Of a DNA stretch of 64,000 nucleotides, positions 47,215-57,070 are shown piece by piece. Position 1 is the first letter of the stretch. Every line of letters starts with the position of its first letter. The DNA comes from a virus. A program made the position numbers and the translations under genes. The notes beneath the pieces are model-generated. The model ran no database searches. It saw only the letters and a list, made by a program, of their open reading frames with translations, and had not been told where the DNA came from. Location: positions 64,001 through 128,000 of the IMG/VR virus record IMGVR_UViG_3300033182_000538; one strand, given 5' to 3'.

Positions 47215-47621
47215 TCAAAGGGTATTTCTAATTGACCACCATCAGTCAAAAATTGTCCAATATTAGGTTTAGAAAAGTTAGGCCCCTTTAATACCTTACC
47301 ATCTTCACGATAGATAGGTTTACCATCTTCTCCTAATTTAGACATATTAGAACGATGTACCTCATCAAACACTTGTTCAATGATATTGCTCATTCCGTGA
47401 GCAACCATAGTACCCAAAAGGATATATAATTGGTCAGCAAGTGCATCGGTAACCTCAACAAGGTCATCGTTATTACAAGCATCTAAATACTCAACCAATT
47501 CCTCTTTACCCAACCGATATCTCAAGTAATAATCATCTGGCTCAAGTAATGTTGGTTTTGAGTTTCTTGTTTGGTTATAAGCTTTCTGAAAATCCCAAAG
47601 TTGTTGTAACTGCTTTTCCAT
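47211..47621 (-). CDS. MazG-like nucleoside triphosphate pyrophosphohydrolase
   Basis: KEELVEY...EVTDALADQLY, EVHRSNMSK, DGKVLKG. Confidence 0.9.
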   Translation of the reverse strand: MEKQLQQLWDFQKAYNQTRNSKPTLLEPDDYYLRYRLGKEELVEYLDACNNDDLVEVTDALADQLYILLGTMVAHGMSNIIEQVFDEVHRSNMSKLGEDGKPIYREDGKVLKGPNFSKPNIGQFLTDGGQLEIPFE

Positions 47622-47646
47622 AATATACTAATATACAAAAATTTAT

Positions 47647-48204
47647 TTAATTTTCCAAAATCATTTCATTGTTTTTTAAACCACTTGGTTCAGTATCCCA
47701 AAGGTTTATAGCTATTGCGTATCTTGTACCACGAGTAACTTTAGTAACTCGGTGTGGATACTCACCCGCTGGAAATATTACGAGTCTATTATATTTTGCT
47801 TCTATACGTTCTGGCTCATTATCTTGACCTTTAGAGAATATTTCTAAATACCCACCATCGATGTCGTGGTTTCTTGGGTAATATACCGTACCAATTACAG
47901 GAGTAACCAAAGTTCTTTCAGTATCCCACAAATATTCATCTTTGTCAAAGTGCATCTTTAATTCATCCCTTTCATCTTCTTGGGAATATACACCTGTCCA
48001 ATATTCAAATCCAACACAATTTATTGGAACGTGTGGTGACCTTTCACCCCAAATGTATTCTATAAGTTCTTTTTTCAAAGTGTTTGCTGGAGAGTTCCAC
48101 CACCCATACCACCAAAAGTAACCTTTGGTTTCAAAAAAAGTCTCATCACGTTCTAATCTATTTAAAAACTCTTGGTCTTTTATAAAATCATCTATTACTA
48201 TCAT
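47647..48204 (-). CDS. 2OG-Fe(II) oxygenase (prolyl hydroxylase-like)
   Basis: MHFDKDE (HxD), GGYLEI, HRVTKV..GTRYA. Confidence 0.85.
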   Translation of the reverse strand: MIVIDDFIKDQEFLNRLERDETFFETKGYFWWYGWWNSPANTLKKELIEYIWGERSPHVPINCVGFEYWTGVYSQEDERDELKMHFDKDEYLWDTERTLVTPVIGTVYYPRNHDIDGGYLEIFSKGQDNEPERIEAKYNRLVIFPAGEYPHRVTKVTRGTRYAIAINLWDTEPSGLKNNEMILEN

Positions 48205-49295
48205 AATGTCTTCACTTTCTTTAATGCCGAAGCTATAACTTGATGCATATCGTAATATTTGTATTCAGCCAATCTACCACCAAAAATCACATTTGGTGTA
48301 TCATCAGCCATTTGTTTGTATTTACGATATTTCTCATTATTTACCTCATCATTCAAAGGATAAAACGGCTCTACCCCTCTTTTGTAATTCTGAGGATATT
48401 CATAACTTATATATGTACCTTTTTGATTTTGATTATCAAAATGTTTGTGTTCTATTCTTCGAGTTTGTAGTGATGTTGAATCCGTAAAATTCATACCAGC
48501 ACATCCTTGTAAATTATCTACATCTTCAAAGTAGAAGTTTTCCCATCTAACGGACTTATATTCCAAATCACCATATTTGTAATCAAAATACTTGTCGATT
48601 GGGCCTGTATAAATTACTTTATCGGTGAGGTCATCCCAATACTCTTTATTTTCCAAATAATCACAATCGGTATAAACTTTAACATCTTTCAACAACTTTT
48701 CAAATATCTGAGTGTATCCTCCGATTGGTATTCCTTGATATTTGTCAAAGTAATAGTTGTTATCCCAAGTAAACCTTACAGGTAATCGTTTTATGATTGA
48801 CTTTGGTAGGTCTTTCGGGTCTTTTTTCCATTGTTTGATTGTATAATGTTTTATCAACTTTTCATAGATGTCCGTACCAACAAGTGAAAGAGCTTGCTCT
48901 TCAAGATTTGTAGGATTTCCTTTGAATCGTTGTGATTCAATCTTTTGCTTTGCTTGTTCTGGTGTCTTTACACCCCACATTTGATTGAATGTAAACATAG
49001 TAAATGGTAAAGAATACAACTCACCATTATAATTAGCTATTGGATTATATCTAAAACTATTGAATTCAGCAAAATGATTAATCCAATCCCAAATACGCTT
49101 ATCATTCGTATGAAATATATGTGGGCCGTACTGATGAACGTGAATTCCACCAACATCTTCAGTATATGTATTTCCTCCAATATGATTACGCTTTTCCAAA
49201 ACAAGAACTTTCTTACCTTTCTTGTTTAACTCGTAAGCACATATAGAACCGAAAAATCCAGCCCCAACGATTATGTAATCGTATTTATCACTCAT
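48201..49295 (-). CDS. glf: UDP-galactopyranose mutase
   Basis: VGAGFFG, HIGGN, HQYGPHIFHT, YQGIP, GRLAEYKYYDM. Confidence 0.97.
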   Translation of the reverse strand: MSDKYDYIIVGAGFFGSICAYELNKKGKKVLVLEKRNHIGGNTYTEDVGGIHVHQYGPHIFHTNDKRIWDWINHFAEFNSFRYNPIANYNGELYSLPFTMFTFNQMWGVKTPEQAKQKIESQRFKGNPTNLEEQALSLVGTDIYEKLIKHYTIKQWKKDPKDLPKSIIKRLPVRFTWDNNYYFDKYQGIPIGGYTQIFEKLLKDVKVYTDCDYLENKEYWDDLTDKVIYTGPIDKYFDYKYGDLEYKSVRWENFYFEDVDNLQGCAGMNFTDSTSLQTRRIEHKHFDNQNQKGTYISYEYPQNYKRGVEPFYPLNDEVNNEKYRKYKQMADDTPNVIFGGRLAEYKYYDMHQVIASALKKVKTL

Positions 49296-50413
49296 ATATT
49301 ATTCAATGCTATTTGATGTAATTTTTGAGGTTCATCACTTGTATCAAAGTAAGCCCAATCGTTTATAAGAAATACTTTATTTGGAAACGGATTTGGTCGA
49401 TTCTCATCCACCATCATACTTGTAGCTTGATACATCTGAAGATATTCATTTCTATCATTATGGATTTTAGCTAATTCATAGTATGATTCGTTTCTACTCT
49501 TACAAAATTCAGATGCTCTATTGTACCAAATAATGGAATCATCAATTTTACCAATCAATTTACAAATATTACCAATACAATGAGCTGCATAGAATGAGAA
49601 CTCATCATCAAATTCAACAACTTTATCAGATTCGTATTTTGGATGTTTTCTATTTATAAATTGTCTAAAATAAAATATAGCTCTTCTTGCAAACTCTTCT
49701 CTATGTGCGTGTCCGAATGGAAATTCATCTCTAAGTGTATCGTGGTATGATTTACCAATATACCATAGGTGATAATCATCCTCAAGAACTTTATTGTTTG
49801 GAATTACATCTAATTCTAAATTTAGAGCATCCTTTAGAAACTTCATAGGTTGTAACCAAGTTTGACCATCATTCGTTAGATAGTGTCTAAATGATTTCGG
49901 TAGATTTACTCTTTGAAAGTTTTCACCAATATCATCTCTATCCAAGTAAATTGTTTCGTGAGCTTTCTCAGGATAAAATCTCCAAGGTTCTTTAGCATTC
50001 CATAACCAAGTTCTAAAATAAGAAACACCTGGCGCTGTACAAGGTATATTAAAACTCTGAATTGTTGTATCATCGAATATAGACCAATCAAAGTCTTCAT
50101 CAACTATTAGTTGTTCATCAGCATCTACTCTCAAAATCCAATCACATCCGTGGTCAGCCTCAAGAGCGGTTTGTACACAATGGTCTCTATTGATACCGTG
50201 ACCCTTCCACCAATCTAATTCATATAAAAAGCCAGGTATACCCTTTTCTTCAAAAAAGTTACGAATGATATCTTGAGTACCATCGGTAGACCCGTTGTCT
50301 TGTATAACCCAATAATCAATATATGGATAAACTGAATTCAACATACGTTCGATAACGTGTGCTTCATTGTTTACCATAGTATTAAAACAAAACTTTGTTT
50401 GTGTGTTTTTCAT
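49292..50413 (-). CDS. Glycosyltransferase family 2 with TPR-like C-terminus
   Basis: MVNNEAHVI, DNGSTDGT, VDADE, YIGKSY. Confidence 0.85.
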   Translation of the reverse strand: MKNTQTKFCFNTMVNNEAHVIERMLNSVYPYIDYWVIQDNGSTDGTQDIIRNFFEEKGIPGFLYELDWWKGHGINRDHCVQTALEADHGCDWILRVDADEQLIVDEDFDWSIFDDTTIQSFNIPCTAPGVSYFRTWLWNAKEPWRFYPEKAHETIYLDRDDIGENFQRVNLPKSFRHYLTNDGQTWLQPMKFLKDALNLELDVIPNNKVLEDDYHLWYIGKSYHDTLRDEFPFGHAHREEFARRAIFYFRQFINRKHPKYESDKVVEFDDEFSFYAAHCIGNICKLIGKIDDSIIWYNRASEFCKSRNESYYELAKIHNDRNEYLQMYQATSMMVDENRPNPFPNKVFLINDWAYFDTSDEPQKLHQIALNNI

Positions 50414-50414
50414 A

Positions 50415-50651
50415 TTACACGTTTAGATATTCTGCTTCCGGCTTTGCTCCAATAATTCGTTTAACCTCTTGACCATTCTCTAACAAAACGACCGTTGGAA
50501 TGTTTCTCACATTGTATTGTTGTGCCATCTGAGATTGTTCATCCACATTGATTTTTTGGACAGGAATCGTGTTATTAACTCGTTGCATTACAGGCCCTAA
50601 CATTCTACAAGGCCCACACCAAGGTGCACTAAAATAAAGATATTGTTTCAT
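50415..50651 (-). CDS. trxA: Thioredoxin
   Basis: FSAPWCGPC, VRNIPT; start reassigned to MKQYLY. Confidence 0.95.
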   Translation of the reverse strand: MKQYLYFSAPWCGPCRMLGPVMQRVNNTIPVQKINVDEQSQMAQQYNVRNIPTVVLLENGQEVKRIIGAKPEAEYLNV

Positions 50652-50659
50652 AATATTTC

Positions 50660-52444
50660 CTAACCATCGCAAGATACACAATCAGGGTCGGTGGCACGAG
50701 TTGCGATGTCTCCACGAAGTACCGACTCCGTTCTCATATAATAGAGAGTTTTAATTCCTTGTTTCCACGCTTCCAAATGAACTTGGTTAATCCACTTTGG
50801 AGATGCTTGAGATGGGAACGCCAAGTTAAGTGATACTGCTTGGTCGATGTATTGTTGTCTTACACCGGCTTGTCTCACCAACTCCAATTGGTTGATTTCT
50901 TTGAATGTTTTAAATACATCCTTTACCCAATCAACCTCTTGTCTATCAATTGACTCTTGTAGTATGTCTTCTTTTTTAGTAAGTTTACCATTGACATATC
51001 CCCAATTGTCAAGTTCATCCAAACCTTGAACCGAACCTCCATCTTCAAGGATTTGAGCCCAAGTGTCTTTATTGTTCATACCCATTTTACGAAGAGCTCT
51101 TTCCAACTCAGCGTTTTTACGGATAAACGTACCCTTGGCTGTTTGTTCCGTAAATACGTTTGCAGCCCAAGGTTCAATACCTGGTGATACATTACCACTC
51201 AACTTAGAGTTAGATACTGTTGGAGCAATTGCTCTCAAGTGAGTGTTTCTCATACCTGTACCAACACACCATAGTGGTTCACCATATTCATTAGCAAGGT
51301 CACGAGATGCTCTTTCTGATTCAATCTTGATTTGAGAGAATATTCTTCGAGTTTCAAACTGAGCTGGAAGTCCTTCGAAAGACATACCTTTTTGTTGTAG
51401 ATATGTATGCCACCCAAGAACACCCAATCCAAGAGCTCTACCCTTTTCAGCCGAACGAACTGAATTCTCAAATCCTCTCATATTCTTTGCTCTCTGAATA
51501 AACTCTTCGAGTACACCATCCAAGAACCAAGTAGCTGTATAAATTAAATCCGTGTTTTTCCACTCTTCATACTTAGCCAAGTTTACTGATGATAGACAAC
51601 ATACAAATGAATGTGACTCATCGGTATGAAGTACAATCTCAGAACAAATGTTGGTCATAAAGACTTTGAGTGAGTTTTGTTTATATGCTTCTGGATTTTG
51701 TTTGTTTACATTCCCCTTATACATAATATAAGGTTCACCAGTCGCCTTTCTCTTTTGAAGAAGTTTACCCCACTTTCTTCTAGCTTCAGGGTCACCATCT
51801 TCAAGTTTTCTCATAAACTTATCACCAACAATCGCACATTGATGTAGATTCAAACATTGTCTATTAACATCACCTTTTGGTTCTCTAATTTCTACCCACT
51901 CATCAAAATCTTCGTGGTCGATGTTTAGATTTACCGATGCGGCTCCTCTTCTTACTGCACCTTGATTGGTAGCAAGAATAGTTGAATCATAAATTTTAGC
52001 GAATGGTACTACACCATCTGATGTACCATTTTGAGTAATCTTAGACCCGGCTGGTCTAATCATATTAAGACCAATACCTACACCACCTCCGTGTTTTGCT
52101 AACAACATTAATTCAAGATTCTTAGACCCAATCTCTTGAACCGAGTCACCTACATCGATACCAAAACAAGAAATAGGTAATCCTCTATCAGTACCTGTAT
52201 TTGAAAGAACTGGTGATGCCAAGTTTAACCAACCTCTCCAAATGTAATCAAAAAACTTTGATGCCATTTGTGGTTTGTCCAATCTTCTAGCAACAGCCGT
52301 AGCAACTCTCCAATAGGCATCTTTGGGAGTTTCTCCAGCCAAAAGATATCCATTTGAAATGGTTTTAACGTAAATTTCAGTATTTGCCCAAGTTGGGAAG
52401 TCAACTCCCAACTCCCAACCTAATTTTTCTCCGTGATTTTTCAT
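50660..52444 (-). CDS. nrdA: Ribonucleotide reductase class Ia alpha subunit (no ATP cone)
   Basis: PISCF, GGGVG, TNICSEI, APTVS, KTLYY, C-terminal CVSCDG. Confidence 0.95.
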   Translation of the reverse strand: MKNHGEKLGWELGVDFPTWANTEIYVKTISNGYLLAGETPKDAYWRVATAVARRLDKPQMASKFFDYIWRGWLNLASPVLSNTGTDRGLPISCFGIDVGDSVQEIGSKNLELMLLAKHGGGVGIGLNMIRPAGSKITQNGTSDGVVPFAKIYDSTILATNQGAVRRGAASVNLNIDHEDFDEWVEIREPKGDVNRQCLNLHQCAIVGDKFMRKLEDGDPEARRKWGKLLQKRKATGEPYIMYKGNVNKQNPEAYKQNSLKVFMTNICSEIVLHTDESHSFVCCLSSVNLAKYEEWKNTDLIYTATWFLDGVLEEFIQRAKNMRGFENSVRSAEKGRALGLGVLGWHTYLQQKGMSFEGLPAQFETRRIFSQIKIESERASRDLANEYGEPLWCVGTGMRNTHLRAIAPTVSNSKLSGNVSPGIEPWAANVFTEQTAKGTFIRKNAELERALRKMGMNNKDTWAQILEDGGSVQGLDELDNWGYVNGKLTKKEDILQESIDRQEVDWVKDVFKTFKEINQLELVRQAGVRQQYIDQAVSLNLAFPSQASPKWINQVHLEAWKQGIKTLYYMRTESVLRGDIATRATDPDCVSCDG

Positions 52445-52450
52445 AACTAA

Positions 52451-53446
52451 TTAAAATATATCATCCCAATCTTCACCTTCGTTTGCTTTAGAGTAATCCG
52501 TTGGTCTTACTGCAAAGAAGTCGGTGTGGGTAGTTCCGCCAGTTAAGTGATAAAACCACTCCAACTCATTTGCTGAGTTTTCATCGTAGTCAAACAACTT
52601 ACCTTCGTAACCTAATTCATTGTATTTTTCATTTACTCTTCTTCTGATAAAGTTGATTAGGTCATTTTTCTTTAGATTTTCTAAATCACCCATTTCAAAC
52701 ATTTTATCAATGTATTTCAACTCCAAGTCTAACATAATGTTAGCAGCTTCTTCTACAGCCTCTTTTGCTTGGTCTTTAAGTTCAGGATACTCCTCACACA
52801 TATGTCTGAATAGTTGACATCCCATTTTAGAATGTAGAGACTCATCACGAACTGACCATTTCATTTGTTGACCAATTCCCTTTAACATATTTCTCATTTG
52901 GAATGAGTATAATACAGCGAATGATGAATACAATGCAACACCTTCAGTAAATGCTGAGAATATAGCAAGAGACCTTGCTACTTCTTTTCTCGCCTCAGCA
53001 TTATCTTTCAAATCTTCCCAAGTATATCTATTTGTAATATTAGCTAAGTTTTCGAATCTATCAGCCGTAGCTGGTTCGTGTAAGAATGCCTCAAAGTCTT
53101 CCAACCCAAGAGATTCATTCAAATAAGAGTAAGCAGTAGCGTGAATAGTTTCTTGTGAACCAAACATCATAGCCATTTGTTTGATTTCGTGTTTAGGAAA
53201 CCATTCGGTCACCCAACCAGTCCAATAGTCCGACACCGCACATTCCGTTTGAGCAAATCCTAACAAGATATTACCTACCAAATTCTTTTCAGCGGGTGAC
53301 AAATTTTCATTCCAATCTTTAATGTCACCTTGCATTGGTATTTCAGTATGTAACCAAAAAGCTTGTGCTTGTTTCAGCCAACCTTCGGTATAGTATTCAG
53401 GATATTCAAACGGTTTAAACGGTATTCGGTTTTCAAATAATGCCAT
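52451..53446 (-). CDS. nrdB: Ribonucleotide reductase class Ia beta subunit
   Basis: AFWLHTE, QETIHATAY, EGVALYSSF, RDESLH, DFF. Confidence 0.96.
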   Translation of the reverse strand: MALFENRIPFKPFEYPEYYTEGWLKQAQAFWLHTEIPMQGDIKDWNENLSPAEKNLVGNILLGFAQTECAVSDYWTGWVTEWFPKHEIKQMAMMFGSQETIHATAYSYLNESLGLEDFEAFLHEPATADRFENLANITNRYTWEDLKDNAEARKEVARSLAIFSAFTEGVALYSSFAVLYSFQMRNMLKGIGQQMKWSVRDESLHSKMGCQLFRHMCEEYPELKDQAKEAVEEAANIMLDLELKYIDKMFEMGDLENLKKNDLINFIRRRVNEKYNELGYEGKLFDYDENSANELEWFYHLTGGTTHTDFFAVRPTDYSKANEGEDWDDIF

Positions 53447-53508
53447 ATTATTATTTCTCTATTAGATTATTATTGTAAAAGGTTAAATTGGGTGATAATA
53501 TATATTAG

Positions 53509-54867
53509 TTAAAATCCAATATCACCTTGCATTTCCTTATATTTTTGGGCTAATTCTTTTCTTACTAAACTCTCCCCTTGTTTCATCTGGCTTTTGGTCT
53601 TTTTACCATCAATGGAATCATCATTATAAATGTGAATTTGACCCGTTGAGAAGTTTGCTTTAGATGGGAATGTCATCCCATCTGGCCCAAATCGATTCTT
53701 GATAACGTGCCACCTACCAGTTCCAGCTAATTTGTCTTCAATTTTACGAGATAATGATACCACAAAGTCAGCGGTCATCATCTTGGAAAAAGACCCAGCA
53801 ATTTTAATACCTGTAATAATGTCATCTTCTGCGCCACTTCTATTGATTTGTGATGCTGTAAATACGGGTACTTCGTATTCACCTGCCATACCACGAAGGT
53901 CTTCAATGATTTCTTCCAACTCTTCGTGTCTTTTTTCTTTAGATGGGCCCCTCAAAAGGTCAGCGTAATCGACAATAACTACATCTGGTCTTTTACCTTG
54001 AAGAATCATCTTATCCATATGAGCTTTCAACGAAGTTACACTAGCGGTTTTGGTAGGATAATGTTTTACAACTAAGTCACCACTTACATTTTGTACTGAC
54101 TTTTTAACATCTTCCATATTGTACTTGAGATTGGCGACAGCGACACCACTTAAAACGGCATCATACCTTTGACCTACATAACCTTCATTCAATTCTAATG
54201 TGTAATGTGCCACAACTTTACCCTTTTTCATAGCATTCACACCTATGTTGACCAAAGACCAAGATTTACCAATACCAGGAGGAGCTGCAAAAAGAATCAA
54301 CTCTCCTTTACCAAAACCGCCTTGTGTAATTTCATCAATAACATCCCAACCACTTGAAACTACGTTTCTAACTTCAGATTCGTACCTTTCATCAATCATA
54401 GTCTTGTATTCGTGACCAATATCCGAATCTTGACCAGCTTTCATAGCAGTATCAATCTTCTTTTTGATGGTATCGTACTTACCATCCTCCAAAAGGGTCA
54501 CAGAGTCTAAGATTGCGTTCTTAATAGACTGATTCTTACAAAAGTCAAGAACTTGTTCTTTTACGAATTGTAAATCTTCACTATCTAAGTGATTCCAAGC
54601 GTACTTGAGAGTATCTACAACGGAAGTTTTTAATACCTCTCTTTCAATACTATTAATTTTTACCTTGAGAACATCCAAAGTCGGCATCTTCTCATATTGG
54701 TCAAAATAGTTCATAATAGTTTTTACCAACCACTCTGAAGCCTCAGCATCAAAGTACTCTGGCTTTAGAATATCATAGATTTGGCGTGTAAACGACCTAT
54801 CCGATATAATAGCGGAGATTACTTTGTTCTGAAATGATGTACTAAATTTACTTCCTAATTTCTCCAT
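53509..54867 (-). CDS. Replicative DnaB-like helicase (T4 gp41-like)
   Basis: APPGIGKS, TLEL, IVDYADL, TASQINR, KNRFG. Confidence 0.95.
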   Translation of the reverse strand: MEKLGSKFSTSFQNKVISAIISDRSFTRQIYDILKPEYFDAEASEWLVKTIMNYFDQYEKMPTLDVLKVKINSIEREVLKTSVVDTLKYAWNHLDSEDLQFVKEQVLDFCKNQSIKNAILDSVTLLEDGKYDTIKKKIDTAMKAGQDSDIGHEYKTMIDERYESEVRNVVSSGWDVIDEITQGGFGKGELILFAAPPGIGKSWSLVNIGVNAMKKGKVVAHYTLELNEGYVGQRYDAVLSGVAVANLKYNMEDVKKSVQNVSGDLVVKHYPTKTASVTSLKAHMDKMILQGKRPDVVIVDYADLLRGPSKEKRHEELEEIIEDLRGMAGEYEVPVFTASQINRSGAEDDIITGIKIAGSFSKMMTADFVVSLSRKIEDKLAGTGRWHVIKNRFGPDGMTFPSKANFSTGQIHIYNDDSIDGKKTKSQMKQGESLVRKELAQKYKEMQGDIGF

Positions 54868-54873
54868 ATAGGT

Positions 54874-54906
54874 TCAAATATACGAAATTATTTCTTATTA
54901 TCAAAA
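54874..54906 (-). promoter_or_regulatory. Bacteroidota-type -33/-7 promoter
   Basis: Sense TTTGataataagaaataatttcgTATATTTG. Confidence 0.75.
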
Positions 54907-55943
54907 TGGTTTCTCAAATAATTTTCAAGAGATGTAAATGAGTTCCGTAACCAACTATCAACATTAGCAAATGCTGTGTATAGTTTATCGTACATAAACA
55001 TCTTCTTGAACTCTACTAAATCCAACTGAGGTCGGTGAGAATCCATTATTTCTCGTACATTTGATTTTATGGATGAGGATATATCTGGGTTTTTCAACTG
55101 CATCAACTGATAGTTTAACTCAATAGTTGTCACAAATTTAGTCAATTTTTGTGACAACTTCTCATCACACTCTGTTGAACATTTCTGAATGAATGTATCT
55201 AAAGAAATCTCATCTTCATTCAAAAATCCCATTTTATTGTGTATTGTCTTTACACCAACTCCACGAACACCATCAATATTATCAGATTTGTCGCCCGTTA
55301 ATACTCTATAATATACAAGGTTTTGAGGAATCACACCATACTCTTCTTTTACAAGAGCTTCATCATACATTTTCTTCTTTGTGGGTGCCCACACTTTGAT
55401 TCTTGGGTTAACAAGTTGAAGAAAATCTTTGTCTGATGAGATGATTGTAACTTCTTTTTTGAAATAGTGGTTAGCCAAATATGCGATGATATCATCAGCT
55501 TCCACATAATCAATGTAGGTGAGTGAAATGGGTAGGACTTGAAGATATTCTATCAATCTTGAGAATTGATTTCTCATTGATACTCTTTGGTCTTCTAAGT
55601 CTTCATATCCAGCCAATCTATTTACTTTGGTAAGGCCAGTTCGACCTTCTTTATACCCTTTATAGACTTGCTTTCTACGATTTGACCCACCTTTACCATC
55701 AAATACGATAACAACTCGTGTAGGTTTCAATGTTCTAATGGTTGCAGCGGTGGACAAGAGAAATCCTGTCACACCACCACAATGTTCACCATCATCGTTC
55801 AACGCAGGAACTGCCCCAAACACTCTGATAAATTGGTTAAGTCCATCAATTATGAGAACTCTATCGTTTAGACTCTCACTTTTTACTTCATTATGTTCCT
55901 TGTTTACCTCTTTGAGGAGTTCTGCGTATTTACTATTCATCAA
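54888..55943 (-). CDS. 5'-3' exonuclease / flap endonuclease (T4 RNase H, PolI N-terminal type)
   Basis: IIDGLN, VFDGKGG, YKEGR, EADDII, SSDKDFLQL, GDKSDNIDGV. Confidence 0.95.
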   Translation of the reverse strand: MMNSKYAELLKEVNKEHNEVKSESLNDRVLIIDGLNQFIRVFGAVPALNDDGEHCGGVTGFLLSTAATIRTLKPTRVVIVFDGKGGSNRRKQVYKGYKEGRTGLTKVNRLAGYEDLEDQRVSMRNQFSRLIEYLQVLPISLTYIDYVEADDIIAYLANHYFKKEVTIISSDKDFLQLVNPRIKVWAPTKKKMYDEALVKEEYGVIPQNLVYYRVLTGDKSDNIDGVRGVGVKTIHNKMGFLNEDEISLDTFIQKCSTECDEKLSQKLTKFVTTIELNYQLMQLKNPDISSSIKSNVREIMDSHRPQLDLVEFKKMFMYDKLYTAFANVDSWLRNSFTSLENYLRNHFDNKK

Positions 55944-57063
55944 AATCTGCTACTTCGATATTATCTATATTTGATTCTTCACTTGATTTTTTGTAAGACA
56001 TAATATATGCATCACAAATTTGATTGTAGATTGATTCTTTGAGTTCACTTCTTTCTGATAGAAGGTCTTCAAAGTTCTTGGCTTGGAATTTTATTTCCTC
56101 ACCAGTTTCAACATCTACATAAGTGTACCAAGCACCACTTTGATTTACCAACTTGTAAGTCTTCATCATTTGTAACCAAGACCCATAGTTGTCGATACCA
56201 CTATCAAAGTAGATATCATAGTCTACTGAACGAAGTGGTGGCCCCATTCTATTCTTGATTACTTGTGCACGAGTCTTAATACCTACAACTTGGTCAACTC
56301 CACCAATCTTGGATTTCAATTGACCCATTTGTTTCAACCTAATTCTACAAGAAGAGTGGAATGCGATTGCCTTACCACCACTCGTAGTCCAAGGGTCACC
56401 AAATGAAACACCTAATCGTGTTCTCAATTGATTTGTAAAGATTAGTGAAATTCTTTCTCTACCAATAAGGTTAGTTACTTTTCTCATTGCCTTCGAGATA
56501 ATGATAGCTTTTTGAGTTGCATAACCAGCTTGGTCATAATCAGCTGAAATCTCAACTTTAGTAGATGCACCAGCAACGGAGTCTACTACGATTGTAACCA
56601 ACTTTTTCTTATCAGATGCTCTTACCGATTCAATGATTGAATCAATTGCCTCAAAGATGTCTTCAACTGTCTCAAGTGGAACATACAACATCTTTTTAAT
56701 GTCAACACCAATCGCTTCTAAAAACTCTTGGTTCAGTGCGTTCTCAGTATCAATATAAACACCAAGACCACCTTTTTGTTGGGTATCTGCTATAGCGTGA
56801 GCAGCCAACAACGATTTACCACTTCCTTCTAATCCTGTAATCTCAGTAATTCTACCTACTGGTAAACCACCACTTGGTCTATTCGAGATTGCCAGGTCTA
56901 ACATTGGAGAGCCAGTTGATACCCACTCATCTAAGTCGGTAGGTGTCTGCTCTTCCCCATCCAAGAAGTAAGCCACCTTGTGGGCGGACTTAAACTTCTT
57001 GTTGAGGTTGTTAGCTAGAATCGAAGATAGTTCATCGCGAGAACTTTCTTTCTTCTTTGCCAT
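55933..57063 (-). CDS. recA: RecA/UvsX recombinase
   Basis: GRITEITGLEGSGKS, YIDTENA, VVDSVA, FTNQLR, TSGGKA, GAWY. Confidence 0.95.
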   Translation of the reverse strand: MAKKKESSRDELSSILANNLNKKFKSAHKVAYFLDGEEQTPTDLDEWVSTGSPMLDLAISNRPSGGLPVGRITEITGLEGSGKSLLAAHAIADTQQKGGLGVYIDTENALNQEFLEAIGVDIKKMLYVPLETVEDIFEAIDSIIESVRASDKKKLVTIVVDSVAGASTKVEISADYDQAGYATQKAIIISKAMRKVTNLIGRERISLIFTNQLRTRLGVSFGDPWTTSGGKAIAFHSSCRIRLKQMGQLKSKIGGVDQVVGIKTRAQVIKNRMGPPLRSVDYDIYFDSGIDNYGSWLQMMKTYKLVNQSGAWYTYVDVETGEEIKFQAKNFEDLLSERSELKESIYNQICDAYIMSYKKSSEESNIDNIEVADFDE

Positions 57064-57070
57064 ACTTTAA

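Noticed and set aside
39977-57063. Inteins or introns in PolB, NrdA/B, helicase or RecA
   Set aside because: Lengths are normal and motifs are contiguous; no intein C-terminal HN-[CST] junction or LAGLIDADG seen
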